Assembly: GCA_046331705.1 (NCBI GenBank)
Contig: JAXLQJ010000006.1
Coordinates: 124,001-188,000 of the forward strand
Reading direction: 5' to 3'
Origin: a bacterium
GTDB taxonomy: Bacteria; JADJOY01
Length of the DNA stretch: 64,000 nt
The notes beneath the pieces are model-generated. The model was not told the DNA's origin and ran no database searches. It saw nothing but the letters and a program-made list of their open reading frames with translations. A program made the translations under genes and the position numbers. Position 1 is the first letter of the stretch, and the number at the start of each line of letters is the position of its first letter. Below, piece after piece: positions 19,739 through 29,603 of this stretch.

Positions 19739-20167
19739 ATGAGCCTCTACTCGATCTTCTGGACGGTGCTGGGCGGCACCGTGGCACTTCTCGGAATCGA
19801 TCTCTACACCGGCCTGAACGGAAAGCGCATCGCGCACCTGGTCTTCGTGGGTTTCACGGTCGTCGGGCTGGTGCTGTCGATCGTCTTGGCCGTGCGCCTC
19901 GGCGGCGACCTGGTCTTCGACCCCACCGTTCAGCTCGTCCACCGCACGCTCGCGCGCAGCGTGGTGGTCTTGCTGCTCCCCATCGCCGCGAGCGGCGTGG
20001 TCATCCTCACGCGCGCCAGCCGCGGGGCGCGCGCGTTTCACCGGCGGGTGGCGTTCTTCACCGTGGCGGTGGCGGTGGTGGCGCTCGGCACCGGCTTGTG
20101 GATGAAGAGCACGGGGCGGCCCCGATCCGAGGTCGCCGGCACACCCGCCAGCGCGGCGGCCCGCTGA
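19739..20167 (+). CDS. Small four-helix membrane protein of unknown function
   Basis: MSLYSIFW start; four hydrophobic segments with His residues at helix ends (AHL, VHR, FHRR). Confidence 0.65.
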   Translation: MSLYSIFWTVLGGTVALLGIDLYTGLNGKRIAHLVFVGFTVVGLVLSIVLAVRLGGDLVFDPTVQLVHRTLARSVVVLLLPIAASGVVILTRASRGARAFHRRVAFFTVAVAVVALGTGLWMKSTGRPRSEVAGTPASAAAR

Positions 20168-20369
20168 TTCCCCGCGCACCGCACGCCGGGCGCGCCCGGC
20201 ACCGGCGGCGAGCGCGCTTCCGAGCGGTTCCGGCGTGGGGGTGGTGCGCGAATTCGAGTACGCTCCGCCGCCGCGGCGAGTCTCGCTGCCGACGCCGTTC
20301 TCGCCGCCGCGCGAGCAACGCGCGCGGCCAGCCGAACCCAGCAAGGCGCACGCGCGCCAGGAGATGCGC

Positions 20370-20858
20370 ATGAAGATCGAAAACGGCCGGATCGTGTCGC
20401 TCGACTACCGGCTTCATCTCGGCGATGGCGACATCATCGACGAGAGCCTTCCCGGTGATCCGTTCGTGTACCTGCACGGCGCCGGCCAGGTGGTGCCCGG
20501 ACTCGAGCGCGGTCTGGAAGGTCTGATCGTGGGCGACGAGCGGAATCTGGTGGTCGAGCCGAGCGAGGGCTACGGCGAATATCAGCCGGACGGTCTGCAG
20601 GAGGTCCCGCGCACCGCGTTTCCCCGCGACGTGCAGCTCGAGGTCGGGCTGCAATTCGAGGCGCGCTCGCAGAGCGGCGATACCTTCCCGATGATCGTGA
20701 AGGAGCTGCGCCGCGAGTCGATCGTGGTCGATCTCAATCACCCCCTCGCCGGTCGCACGCTGCACTTCGACGTGCGGGTGCTGGCCATCCGAGACGCCAC
20801 GCAGGCGGAGCTCGCTCACGGGCATGCCCACGGCCCACACGGCGGTCACGAGCACTGA
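20370..20858 (+). CDS. slyD: FKBP-type peptidyl-prolyl isomerase SlyD
   Basis: YLHGAGQVVPGLE, PSEGYGE, VDLNHPLAGRTLHFDV, His-rich tail HGHAHGPHGGHEH; GGAG RBS. Confidence 0.93.
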   Translation: MKIENGRIVSLDYRLHLGDGDIIDESLPGDPFVYLHGAGQVVPGLERGLEGLIVGDERNLVVEPSEGYGEYQPDGLQEVPRTAFPRDVQLEVGLQFEARSQSGDTFPMIVKELRRESIVVDLNHPLAGRTLHFDVRVLAIRDATQAELAHGHAHGPHGGHEH

Positions 20859-20944
20859 GCGCGAGCACCACCTTGCCCGGACGAGCCCGCGGCGGATGCG
20901 TGGCTCGACTCCGCTCCGGGTTCGCGCCGCTCGTTGCCGATCGC

Positions 20945-21292
20945 TCAGCGATGGCTCGCGCAGGCGGCCACCAACCCGATGACGCTCGCGGGTACCGCCC
21001 AGAACGGTAGGAACATCGCCCAGACGTAGGGCAGGTCGCGGACGATGTCGCTGAGCGCGTAGGTCGTTCCGCCCCAGTCGGACATGTGGACGAAGGAGTC
21101 CGCCGTGTCGAAGGCGAAGAGCGAGGCGAGCGCGTAGACCACCAGGCCGACCGCTCCTTTCAGGCTGAGCCAGTCGGCGTTCGTCAGGGCGATGAACAGG
21201 ATGGCGACCGCCGCCGAGAAGAGGAGCGGCGATAGCGCGATGGCCCAGGCGAGCGCGCGCGCGACCCCGTTCCGCGCGGCGATCCTGCTCAC
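20945..21292 (-). CDS. Small hypothetical membrane protein
   Basis: Three hydrophobic segments in the 3' part of ORF 20945..21628; start estimated at GTG 21292. Confidence 0.5.
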   Translation of the reverse strand: MSRIAARNGVARALAWAIALSPLLFSAAVAILFIALTNADWLSLKGAVGLVVYALASLFAFDTADSFVHMSDWGGTTYALSDIVRDLPYVWAMFLPFWAVPASVIGLVAACASHR

Positions 21293-21338
21293 GTAGGCCT
21301 TCCCCGCCGGTTGGTAGGCACGCGCCCCATCGCCTCCG

Positions 21339-22343
21339 TCAGAAGTAGCCCTCGACGATGGGCTCGCGGGGAAGGGCGGGCCAGACGGCATCGAGATCCG
21401 CCCGCGTCGTCTCGTCGAGCGGCACGTCGGGTGCGGCCAGCGTGTCGTCGAGCTGCTCGGGGCGGCTGGCGCCGACGATCGCGGCGGTGATGCCGGGCTG
21501 GTCGAGCACCCAGCGGATCGCCGCTTGCGCGAGGTTGTGGCCGCGGGCGGCGAGGCTCTCGCGCAGGCGGCTGGCGGCGCCCAGCATCTCGGCGTGCCAG
21601 TAGCGGCGCTGGTAGCGTTCGGCGGCATCGCCGAGCGTGAAGCGCGATCCCTCCTCCGGCTTCCAATCGCTGCCGCTGGCGCGATAGCGGCCGGAGAGCA
21701 CGCCCGAGGCGAGCGGCGTGTACGCGATCACTCCCAAGCCTTGGTCGCGGCAAAGCGGCAGCAGCTCGATCTCGGGGTCGCGGAAGAGCAGGTTGTAGCG
21801 GGGCTGCAAGCACGCGAAGCGGTGCAGACCGAGCCGGTCGCTGGCGCCGAGCGCGACGGCCAATCGCCACGCGGGGAAGTTCGAGGCGCCCACGTAGCGC
21901 GCCTTGCCCGAGCGCACCACGTCGTCGAGGGCACGCATCGTCTCCTCGATCGGAGTGACCGGATCGAAGGCGTGACATTGGTAGAGGTCGACGTAGTCGG
22001 TCTGCAGACGGCGCAGGCTGGCGTCGATCGACTCGAGGATGTGGCGCCGCGAGAGCCCCTGATCGCGCGGGCCGGGGCCGACGGGCATGCGGCATTTGGT
22101 CGCGAGCACGAATCGCTGGCGCTTGCCCGCGAGCCAGCGCCCCACGATCTCCTCGGTGATCCCCGGGTTCACGACCCCGATCGGGTAGCTGTCGGCGGTG
22201 TCGATGAAATCGACCCCCTTCTCCGCGGCGCGGTCCATGATCCGGAACGCGGTGGGCTCGTCGACCTGCGAGCCGAAGACCATCGTGCCGAGACAGATCT
22301 CGCTCACGAAGAGACCGGTATTCCCCATGCGTCGTGTTTGCAT
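21339..22343 (-). CDS. Aldo/keto reductase
   Basis: GLFVSEICLGTMVFG, IDTADSY, VLATK, SLRRLQTDYVDLYQCH, GKARYVGASN, QPRYNLL. Confidence 0.93.
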   Translation of the reverse strand: MQTRRMGNTGLFVSEICLGTMVFGSQVDEPTAFRIMDRAAEKGVDFIDTADSYPIGVVNPGITEEIVGRWLAGKRQRFVLATKCRMPVGPGPRDQGLSRRHILESIDASLRRLQTDYVDLYQCHAFDPVTPIEETMRALDDVVRSGKARYVGASNFPAWRLAVALGASDRLGLHRFACLQPRYNLLFRDPEIELLPLCRDQGLGVIAYTPLASGVLSGRYRASGSDWKPEEGSRFTLGDAAERYQRRYWHAEMLGAASRLRESLAARGHNLAQAAIRWVLDQPGITAAIVGASRPEQLDDTLAAPDVPLDETTRADLDAVWPALPREPIVEGYF

Positions 22344-22434
22344 GGCGGCGGAATGTACGGGATCGAGGCCGAGGCGTGAAGCGCGGTGTGAAGCCCGTTT
22401 GCGCCGTTCTCCGCCCGGCGCTAGCCTCGACCGC
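22344..22434. promoter_or_regulatory. Divergent promoter region with two -10 elements positioned for leaderless transcripts
   Basis: Minus strand TACATT (22357-22352) 8 nt before AKR ATG; plus strand TAGCCT (22422-22427) 7 nt before desaturase GTG; no SD on either side. Confidence 0.5.
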
Positions 22435-23478
22435 GTGGAGGCGCCGCGCACTTACGACGAGGTCGCCGCCGAGCTTCGGGTCGAGCTCAAGCGCGTGATC
22501 GGACCGGAGCGGTTGAGAGCGCTCCACGAGCGCTCGTTCGTCCGGCACGCCGCGGTCGCGGTTCGTCAGGTCGCGGTGGGCGCGCTCGCCGTCACCGCGA
22601 TCCTCTGCTGGCCGGAACGCGCGTGGGTGTGGGTTCCCGCGTCGATCGCCATCGGCTTCGTGGTGTTCTCGTTCACGGTGCTGCTCCACGAGGTGGTGCA
22701 CCGCGCCGTGTTCGAGCAGCCCGGCTCACCCTGGAATCGCTGGCTCGGTCACCTCTACGCGGCGCCGAGCGGGCTCTCGCAGTCGCAGTTCACCCGCTGG
22801 CATCTCGACCACCACCAATGGTTGGGGACGGCGAGCCGCGATCCGAAGCGCCGCGAGCTCACGCCCAAGATCGTGAAGCGCTGGTACAAGGCGCTCTATC
22901 TCACGCCGGCCCTCTTCCCGATCTACTTCCGCGCCGCGCGTCGCGCCGCCGCGGAATACGACCCCGCGCTGCGGGCCGCGATCGCACGCGAGCGCCGTGT
23001 CGCGATCGCGTTGCACCTGGCCGTCGCCGCGTCGTTGTGGTGGCGGCTCGGCTTCGCGCTGGCCGCCAAGCTCCACTTGCTGCCGGTCTTCGTGGTCTTT
23101 CCGGTGGTCTTCACGCTCAACCGGCTCGGGCAGCACTACGACGTCGAGCCCTCGATCCCCGCCCGCTGGGGCACGTTGATGCGGAAGAGCCCGTATCTGT
23201 GGGACTGGCTCTATCTCTGGTCGAACCATCACCTGGAGCACCACTACTTCCCGGGGGTGCCGTTCTACCGGTTGACCGCGCTGCGCGCCGCGCTGGATCC
23301 GTGGTTCCGCGAGCACGCGGTGCCCGAGCGCGGCTACGCCGAGCTGCTCTGGAGCTGGCTCGGTCGCAACCGATCGCCGCACACGAACTGGGCGCTGGAA
23401 GCTCGCGCGCCCGGGGCCGGCGCGCCCATCCCCACGTTCGCGGCGAGCGCCCCGCCGCGCGCGGTGGAGCTCCGATGA
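22435..23478 (+). CDS. Fatty acid desaturase-family protein
   Basis: His boxes HEVVH, HLDHH, HLEHH; membrane segments. Confidence 0.88.
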   Translation: MEAPRTYDEVAAELRVELKRVIGPERLRALHERSFVRHAAVAVRQVAVGALAVTAILCWPERAWVWVPASIAIGFVVFSFTVLLHEVVHRAVFEQPGSPWNRWLGHLYAAPSGLSQSQFTRWHLDHHQWLGTASRDPKRRELTPKIVKRWYKALYLTPALFPIYFRAARRAAAEYDPALRAAIARERRVAIALHLAVAASLWWRLGFALAAKLHLLPVFVVFPVVFTLNRLGQHYDVEPSIPARWGTLMRKSPYLWDWLYLWSNHHLEHHYFPGVPFYRLTALRAALDPWFREHAVPERGYAELLWSWLGRNRSPHTNWALEARAPGAGAPIPTFAASAPPRAVELR

Positions 23479-24143
23479 TCCGGGTTCCCGAACGCGAGCT
23501 CATGGACGCGGCCGATCAGGCGCGGGCCTACGCCGAGGCCGACTTCGCCGAGCCGCACGAAGCCTTCGTGCGCCATTTTGGCGAGCGATTCCCCGCGTTC
23601 CAGGGCGGAGACGTCGTCGATCTCGGCTGTGGCCCCGCCGACGTCACCACGCGCTTCGCCCGCACCTATCCGGGCGCGCGCGTGCTGGGCATCGACGGCT
23701 CGCCGGCGATGCTCGCCGAAGGCCGGCGGCGGATCGCGTCGCACCCCGCCGGCGAGCGGATCACGTTGCGCGAGCTGTTCCTGCCGAGCGAGCAGCTGCC
23801 GCGGGCGGGCTTCGATGCGGTCATCTCGAACAGCTTGCTTCACCACGTGAGCGAGCCAGCGGTGATCTGGTCGGCCGCCCGAGCCGCGGCCCGGACCGGT
23901 GCGCCGATCTTCGTGATGGACTTGATGCGCCCGCCGGATCTCGCCACTGCCGAGCGATTCGTGGCGCTCTACGCCGGCGACGCGCCGCCGGTCCTGCAGC
24001 ACGACTACTTCGCTTCGCTGCTGGCGGCGTACGAGCCCGACGAGGTTCGCGCCCAGCTCGTCGCGTGCGGCCTGGACCATCTCGTCGTCGAGCCGGTGAG
24101 CGACCGCCACCTCGTTGCGTGGGGAGTGGCGCGGGCGCCGTAG
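23475..24143 (+). CDS. Class I SAM-dependent methyltransferase
   Basis: VDLGCGPAD, GIDGSPAML, ISNSLLHH; ATGA coupling to desaturase. Confidence 0.88.
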   Translation: MIRVPERELMDAADQARAYAEADFAEPHEAFVRHFGERFPAFQGGDVVDLGCGPADVTTRFARTYPGARVLGIDGSPAMLAEGRRRIASHPAGERITLRELFLPSEQLPRAGFDAVISNSLLHHVSEPAVIWSAARAAARTGAPIFVMDLMRPPDLATAERFVALYAGDAPPVLQHDYFASLLAAYEPDEVRAQLVACGLDHLVVEPVSDRHLVAWGVARAP

Positions 24144-24196
24144 CGCGCGCCGCGCAACGCGATCCGCCCCGCCGAGAGGAAGTCGAGGAATACACC

Positions 24197-24760
24197 GTGC
24201 TCGACCGGATTCGCTCCCTTCGCGATCGCCTCCGCGGCACCGAGCGCCACGCGCCGCCCGCACCGGCGCCGACGCTCGCCGTCGCGGCGCTGCCCGCCAC
24301 CGCGCCTCGCCCGCGCACCACCCCCCACTGCTACCCCGCGGATCTCGACGGCGTTCGGCGGCTGATGGTCCCGAACGGCAAGCCGCGCGTCGTGAACCAC
24401 TGGGCCACGTGGTGCCCGCCGTGCGTCGACGAGCTGCCGCGACTGATCGAAGCCGCCGAGCTTCTCGCCGGCAGCGTCGAGTTCGTCGGCATCTCCTGGG
24501 ATCGCTTCGAGAACCCCGGGCCACCCGAGCGCGTCGCAGCGGAGGTGGCCGAGTTCGCCGGTGAACAGGGCGTCCCGTACGAATCGGCGGTCTTCACCGG
24601 CACCCCCGACGAGCTCTTCGAGGGGCTGGCGCTGACCTGCCGCTTCATCCCCCAGACCTTCGTCCTCGCCGCCGACGGCGCGGTGCTTCGCCACATCCAA
24701 GGCGAGATCACGCCAGCCGACGTCCGAGCGTTGCTGGACGTTCTTCGACCTGGCAGCTGA
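24197..24760 (+). CDS. TlpA-like thiol-disulfide oxidoreductase
   Basis: VVNHWATWCPPCVDELP, cis-Pro motif IPQT; GAGGA RBS before GTG. Confidence 0.85.
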   Translation: MLDRIRSLRDRLRGTERHAPPAPAPTLAVAALPATAPRPRTTPHCYPADLDGVRRLMVPNGKPRVVNHWATWCPPCVDELPRLIEAAELLAGSVEFVGISWDRFENPGPPERVAAEVAEFAGEQGVPYESAVFTGTPDELFEGLALTCRFIPQTFVLAADGAVLRHIQGEITPADVRALLDVLRPGS

Positions 24761-25108
24761 GCGTCCAGCGGTTGCGATGCCGGGCGGCCGCGACCCACGG
24801 ACGATCACGTCGTCGAACGCCATCGCCATCCCGGCCTGACGCCTCGATCGTCGTGGGGTCCAGGCCCCTGCCGCGCGGATTCCGATCGTGCCCCGTCGCG
24901 TGGAGGAACTGGCGCTGGGGGCGGCTGACGACGCCCTTCAAGCGCACGGCGGAGTGCGCGCGATTGCGCGGGTCGGTCGGTCCTCGAGCGGCGAGAGGCG
25001 CGAGATCCGATCCGCGCACACGGCACGGCCGAGAGCGCGCTCATCGACGCGAGCGAGCCTCGAGTGCGCGCGCGCCTCGCGCCGGCATAGCCAGCTCGCG
25101 CGGGGCTG

Positions 25109-25199
25109 TGTTACGGTCCGCTCAACTAGCCAAATTGGAACGAGAAATGCTTGTCCCGCCAGGTCGGGATGGGCGGCAGCGTTCGTGAGGAATGGGGAC
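25109..25199 (+). promoter_or_regulatory. rpsO promoter (extended -10) and structured 5' leader, candidate S15 autoregulatory RNA
   Basis: TGtTACGGT at 25109-25117; stem GCTTGTCCCG(25149-58)/CGGGATGGGC(25165-74) inside GAACG(25138-42)/CGTTC(25180-84). Confidence 0.5.
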
Positions 25200-25469
25200 A
25201 TGGCTCTCGAGAAGGCAACGAAGCAAGACGTCATTTCGCGCTTCCGCGTTCACGACACCGACACCGGCTCGCCGGAAGTGCAGATCGCGCTCTTGAGCGA
25301 GCGCATCAACTACCTGAACGACCACTTCAAGGCGCACGCGAAGGACCACGGCTCGCGCCGCGGCCTGCTCAAGCTCGTGGGTCAGCGGCGCCGGCATCTC
25401 GAGTACCTGAAGCGCACGCGCCCCGAGCGCTATCGCGAAGTCATCAGCCAGCTCGGCATCCGGAAGTAA
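25200..25469 (+). CDS. rpsO: 30S ribosomal protein S15
   Basis: [15 protein letters not shown]...[20 protein letters not shown]...LGIRK, 89 aa. Confidence 0.98.
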   Translation: MALEKATKQDVISRFRVHDTDTGSPEVQIALLSERINYLNDHFKAHAKDHGSRRGLLKLVGQRRRHLEYLKRTRPERYREVISQLGIRK

Positions 25470-25551
25470 GGATGTCGGTGGACCTCGACCCCGGCCGGTC
25501 GCCGGGGCGAAGGGACGTCGCCCGGCGTGTGTCGTGCGTGGTCCCGCCTTA

Positions 25552-25585
25552 CGAGGCGCGTGCGGAGAGTTCCGCAGGCGCCTCG
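25552..25585 (+). terminator. Stem-loop in rpsO-pnp intergenic region (terminator or processing signal)
   Basis: CGAGGCGC-g-TGCGGA / TCCGCA-g-GCGCCTCG; only a weak U-tract follows. Confidence 0.4.
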
Positions 25586-25752
25586 CGTTCGTTCATCGTG
25601 AGGCAATGCGTTCGGAGTGAGGAGCGTGCTCACGCGCGATCCAGCCGCGCTGGTGGCCGCGTCGCGCGTGAGGAAGTTCCTCGCTCCGGGTCTTGCCTCG
25701 TTTCGCGACCGCCGCCGCTTCGGCGCGGGGCTCGCCTGAGGAGACTTCCCAC

Positions 25753-27852
25753 ATGATCCACCGTTTCGAGATCGACCTCGCCGGTCGCACGTTCTCGATC
25801 GAGACCGGCCGCATGGCCAAGCAGGCCGATGGCGCCGTGCTCTGCCGCTACGGCGACACGATGGTGCTGGTCGCGGTCGTCGGCGCCAAGGACGCGAAGC
25901 CGGGCGTCGACTTCCTGCCGCTCACCGTCGACTACCGCGAGATGACGTACGCCGCGGGCAAGATTCCCGGCGGCTTCTTCAAGCGCGAAGGCCGCCCCAC
26001 CGAGAAGGAAATCCTGACGGCGCGCCTCATCGATCGCCCGATCCGCCCGCTCTTCCCCGAGGGCTACAACTTCGAGATCCAGGTGCACTGCACCGTGCTC
26101 TCGGCCGACAAGGACAACGATCCGGACACCGTCGCGCTCATCGGCACGTCGGCTGCGCTGGTGCTCTCCGGCATCCCGTTCCAGGGCCCCGTGGCGGGCA
26201 TTCGCGTGGGGCGCGTGAACGGCCAGCTCGTGCTCAATCCCAAGCTCTCGAAGCTCGGTGAGAGCGATCTCAACCTGGCCGTGGCCGGGGGCCGCAACGG
26301 CATCACCATGGTCGAGGGCGGCGGCAAGGAAGTGCCCGAGTCCGTCGTGCTCGACGCGCTCTTCTTCGCTCAGGACGCGCTCAAGCCGCTGCTCGACATG
26401 CAGGACCAGCTGCGGGCGGCGGCGGGCAAGGCGGTGCGCGAGTTCGTGCCGCCGGCGCGCGACGAAGCGCTGGTCGCCCGCGTGAAGGCGGTGGCCACGC
26501 CTGGCTACATGGAGGCGGTCCGCATCCCCGGCAAGCACGAGCGCTCGGAGCGCTTCAGCGCCGTGAAGAAGGCGGTGCTGGAGGCCCTCGCGGCCCAGTT
26601 CCCGGAGCGCGAGAAGGAGATCAAGGCCGAGCTCGACGAGCTCAAGTACCAGGTGGTGCGGAAGTTCATGCGCGACGAGAAGACCCGCCTGGACGGGCGC
26701 GGCCTCACGGACATCCGGCCGATCTCGTGCGAGGTGGCGCTCCTGCCGCGCACCCACGGCTCGGCGCTCTTCACTCGCGGCGAGACGCAAGCGCTGGCCA
26801 TCTCGACTCTCGGCTCGTCGCGCGACGAGCAGCGCGTGGAAGCGCTCGCCGGCGAGTCGGTGAAGCGCTTCATGCTGCACTACAAGTTCCCGCCCTTCAG
26901 CGTGGGCGAGGTGCGTCCCATCCGTGGACCCTCGCGTCGCGAGATCGGCCACGGCGCCCTCGCGGAGCGCGCGCTGGTGGCGGTGCTGCCGAGCGAGGAC
27001 GAGTTCCCGTACACCATCCGCATCGTGTCCGAGGTGCTCGAGTCGAACGGCTCGTCGTCGATGGCCACGGTCTGCGGCGGCTGCCTCTCGATGATGGACG
27101 CGGGCGTGCCGGTCTCGGCGCCCGTCGCCGGGATCGCCATGGGGCTCGTGAAGGAAGAGGGCGAGTTCCTGATCCTCTCCGACATCCTCGGCGACGAGGA
27201 CCATCTGGGCGACATGGACTTCAAGGTCGCGGGCACCGGGCGCGGCGTGACCGCGGTGCAGATGGACATCAAGTGCGATGGCGTCGACAAGGCCATCATG
27301 GGCAAGGCGCTCGAGCAGGCGCGCGAAGGGCGCATCCACATCTTGAAGAAGATGACTGGTGAGCTCTCGGCGCCCCGCGAGGCGATCTCGCCCTACGCGC
27401 CGCGCATCACCTCGATCACCATCCCGCCCGAGCGCATCAAGGACGTCATCGGCCCTGGCGGCCGCAACATCCGCAAGATCCAGGACGAGACCGGCGCCGT
27501 GCTCGAGATCGAGAACGACGGCACCGTGAAGATCTTCGCCGCGGACACGGCCACCGCCGAGTTGGCCATCCAGAAGATCAAGGCGCACACCCAGGAAGCC
27601 GAGATCGGCAAGATCTACCAGGGCACCGTGCGGCGCATCATGGACTTCGGTGCCTTCGTGGAGATCCTTCCGGGGATCGACGGCTTGGTGCACATCTCCC
27701 AGCTCGCGCCCCATCGCGTGCAGACGGTCACGGAGATCTGCAAGGAAGGCGACAAGATGCTGGTGAAGGTCCTGGACATCGATCGCCAGGGCAAGATCCG
27801 CTTGAGCCGCAAGGAAGCGATGGGGGAATCGGAAGAAGGTGGGAACGGCTGA
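25753..27852 (+). CDS. pnp: Polyribonucleotide nucleotidyltransferase (PNPase)
   Basis: [67 protein letters not shown] and S1 domains. Confidence 0.98.
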   Translation: MIHRFEIDLAGRTFSIETGRMAKQADGAVLCRYGDTMVLVAVVGAKDAKPGVDFLPLTVDYREMTYAAGKIPGGFFKREGRPTEKEILTARLIDRPIRPLFPEGYNFEIQVHCTVLSADKDNDPDTVALIGTSAALVLSGIPFQGPVAGIRVGRVNGQLVLNPKLSKLGESDLNLAVAGGRNGITMVEGGGKEVPESVVLDALFFAQDALKPLLDMQDQLRAAAGKAVREFVPPARDEALVARVKAVATPGYMEAVRIPGKHERSERFSAVKKAVLEALAAQFPEREKEIKAELDELKYQVVRKFMRDEKTRLDGRGLTDIRPISCEVALLPRTHGSALFTRGETQALAISTLGSSRDEQRVEALAGESVKRFMLHYKFPPFSVGEVRPIRGPSRREIGHGALAERALVAVLPSEDEFPYTIRIVSEVLESNGSSSMATVCGGCLSMMDAGVPVSAPVAGIAMGLVKEEGEFLILSDILGDEDHLGDMDFKVAGTGRGVTAVQMDIKCDGVDKAIMGKALEQAREGRIHILKKMTGELSAPREAISPYAPRITSITIPPERIKDVIGPGGRNIRKIQDETGAVLEIENDGTVKIFAADTATAELAIQKIKAHTQEAEIGKIYQGTVRRIMDFGAFVEILPGIDGLVHISQLAPHRVQTVTEICKEGDKMLVKVLDIDRQGKIRLSRKEAMGESEEGGNG

Positions 27853-28315
27853 CACGCTCGGTCCCACGGGCGTCGTGTCCGTGCGGGTGCGGCGCGTGCG
27901 CGCGGAATGTCGCGCGCCGCTGCCGCAATACATGACGGCGGAAGCGGCCGGCATGGATCTGGCCGCCGACCTCGACGCGCCCATCACGCTCGCTCCCGGC
28001 GAGCGGCGGGCCGTCCCCAGTGGTTACGTCTTCGAGGTTCCCGGCGGCTACGAGCTTCAGGTGCGGCCGCGCTCGGGGCTGGCGCTCAAGCACGGCATCA
28101 CGTTGCCCAACAGCCCTGGCACCATCGACAGCGATTACCGCGGAGAAGTGCAGGTGATCCTGCTCAACGCGGGGCCGGCGCCCGTCGAGATCACGCCGGG
28201 CATGCGCATCGCGCAGGCGGTGCTGGCGCCGGTGGTGCGCGCACGGTTGATCGAGGTGGACGACCTGAGCGAGACGGCGCGCGGCGTCGGCGGCTTCGGT
28301 CATACGGGTCATTGA
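27839..28315 (+). CDS. dut: dUTP diphosphatase
   Basis: Five dUTPase motifs [37 protein letters not shown]; true start may be GTG 27875. Confidence 0.95.
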   Translation: MGTADTLGPTGVVSVRVRRVRAECRAPLPQYMTAEAAGMDLAADLDAPITLAPGERRAVPSGYVFEVPGGYELQVRPRSGLALKHGITLPNSPGTIDSDYRGEVQVILLNAGPAPVEITPGMRIAQAVLAPVVRARLIEVDDLSETARGVGGFGHTGH

Positions 28316-28337
28316 CGCCGTCGCGCGTGACGGCGCG

Positions 28338-29597
28338 GTGGCGAGCCAGGCGCCGACGGGCGCCCCATCCGATCCGCCCGACGGCGACGTCATGCATGCG
28401 CTGGACGAGTTCCGCGAGCGGCTGGCGGAGAGCCTCGCCGGCGCCACGTTCGTCAAGCTGACGCTTTCCTCGCCGGCCGTGTCGCCGGAAGAGTCTCCGG
28501 AAAGCTCCCCCGAGCGCATCCTGGGGCGGCGCGTCGAGCTCAGGCGCGGGCCGGTGGTGTCGTTCACGCTGCGCTTCCCACGGCGCGACGTGACCGAGAA
28601 CGTGAAGCTCGACCAAGCGCCCGCGTGGGTGATGGCGCGGGTGCCGAGCGCGTTTCGCAGTGCGGTGCTCGCGACCACGGTTGGCGACTGGCAGCTTCAT
28701 GCGGCCGGCGGCGAGCGCGTGAGGCTCGTGCGGCACAAGGCCTCGAAGCGCTCGGCGCCCGCCGCCGAGCACGATCGTCGCAAGCACACGTTGCTCGACG
28801 ATTCCGCGACGGGCTGGCTCGCGGCGCTCGGCATCGTCGACGCGAGCGGACGCGTGAAGCCGTCCAAGGCCGACAAGCACGCGCAGATCGAACGGTACGT
28901 GGAGATCCTCTCGCACCTGGTGCGCGACGGTGACTTCGCGGGTTCGTCGCTACGCGTCGCGGACATGGGCTCGGGCAAGGGCTACCTCACGTTCGGTGCC
29001 TGGCACCTGCTCTGCGCGGTGCTCGGGCTCGACGCACAGGTGGTGGGTGTGGAAGCGCGCCCCGAGCTGGTCGCCGAGACCCAGCGCGCAGCGCGCGCGA
29101 TCGGTGCCGTTGGGCTGGAGTTCGTCCAGGGCGAGATCGCCAGCGCGCCGTTCGAGGCGCTCGACGTGCTGATCGCGCTTCACGCTTGCGACACCGCCAC
29201 CGACGACGCGATCCGGCGCGGCATCGACCTCGGGGCGAAGCTGATCCTGGTCGCGCCCTGCTGTCATCGCGAGGTGCGGCCCCGGCTCGACGACCCCGCA
29301 CCGCTCGCGCGCGTCCTCCGTCACGGGTTGATGAAGGAGCGACTCGCCGAATGGGCCACCGATGCGCTGCGCGCCCTCCACCTCGAATGGGCGGGCTACG
29401 CGACGCGGGTCATCGAGTTCGTGGGCTCCGAGCACACGCCCAAGAACCTGATGATCGCTGGCATTCGCAAGCACCCGGCCTTCGCGTCGCCGCAGGCGCG
29501 GGAGCGGATCCGGGCCTTCGAGCGCTTCCTCGCCATCGAGCACCAAGCGCTCGATCCGCTGCTCGATCGCGGGCCGGCGGACACGCCGGGCGCCTGA
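28338..29597 (+). CDS. SAM-dependent methyltransferase (Methyltransf_32-like)
   Basis: HDRRK, DKHAQIERY, DMGSGKGYLTF, IALHACDTATD, APCCH, HTPKNLMI; start may be 28392. Confidence 0.85.
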   Translation: MASQAPTGAPSDPPDGDVMHALDEFRERLAESLAGATFVKLTLSSPAVSPEESPESSPERILGRRVELRRGPVVSFTLRFPRRDVTENVKLDQAPAWVMARVPSAFRSAVLATTVGDWQLHAAGGERVRLVRHKASKRSAPAAEHDRRKHTLLDDSATGWLAALGIVDASGRVKPSKADKHAQIERYVEILSHLVRDGDFAGSSLRVADMGSGKGYLTFGAWHLLCAVLGLDAQVVGVEARPELVAETQRAARAIGAVGLEFVQGEIASAPFEALDVLIALHACDTATDDAIRRGIDLGAKLILVAPCCHREVRPRLDDPAPLARVLRHGLMKERLAEWATDALRALHLEWAGYATRVIEFVGSEHTPKNLMIAGIRKHPAFASPQARERIRAFERFLAIEHQALDPLLDRGPADTPGA

Positions 29598-29603
29598 CGA
29601 ACC

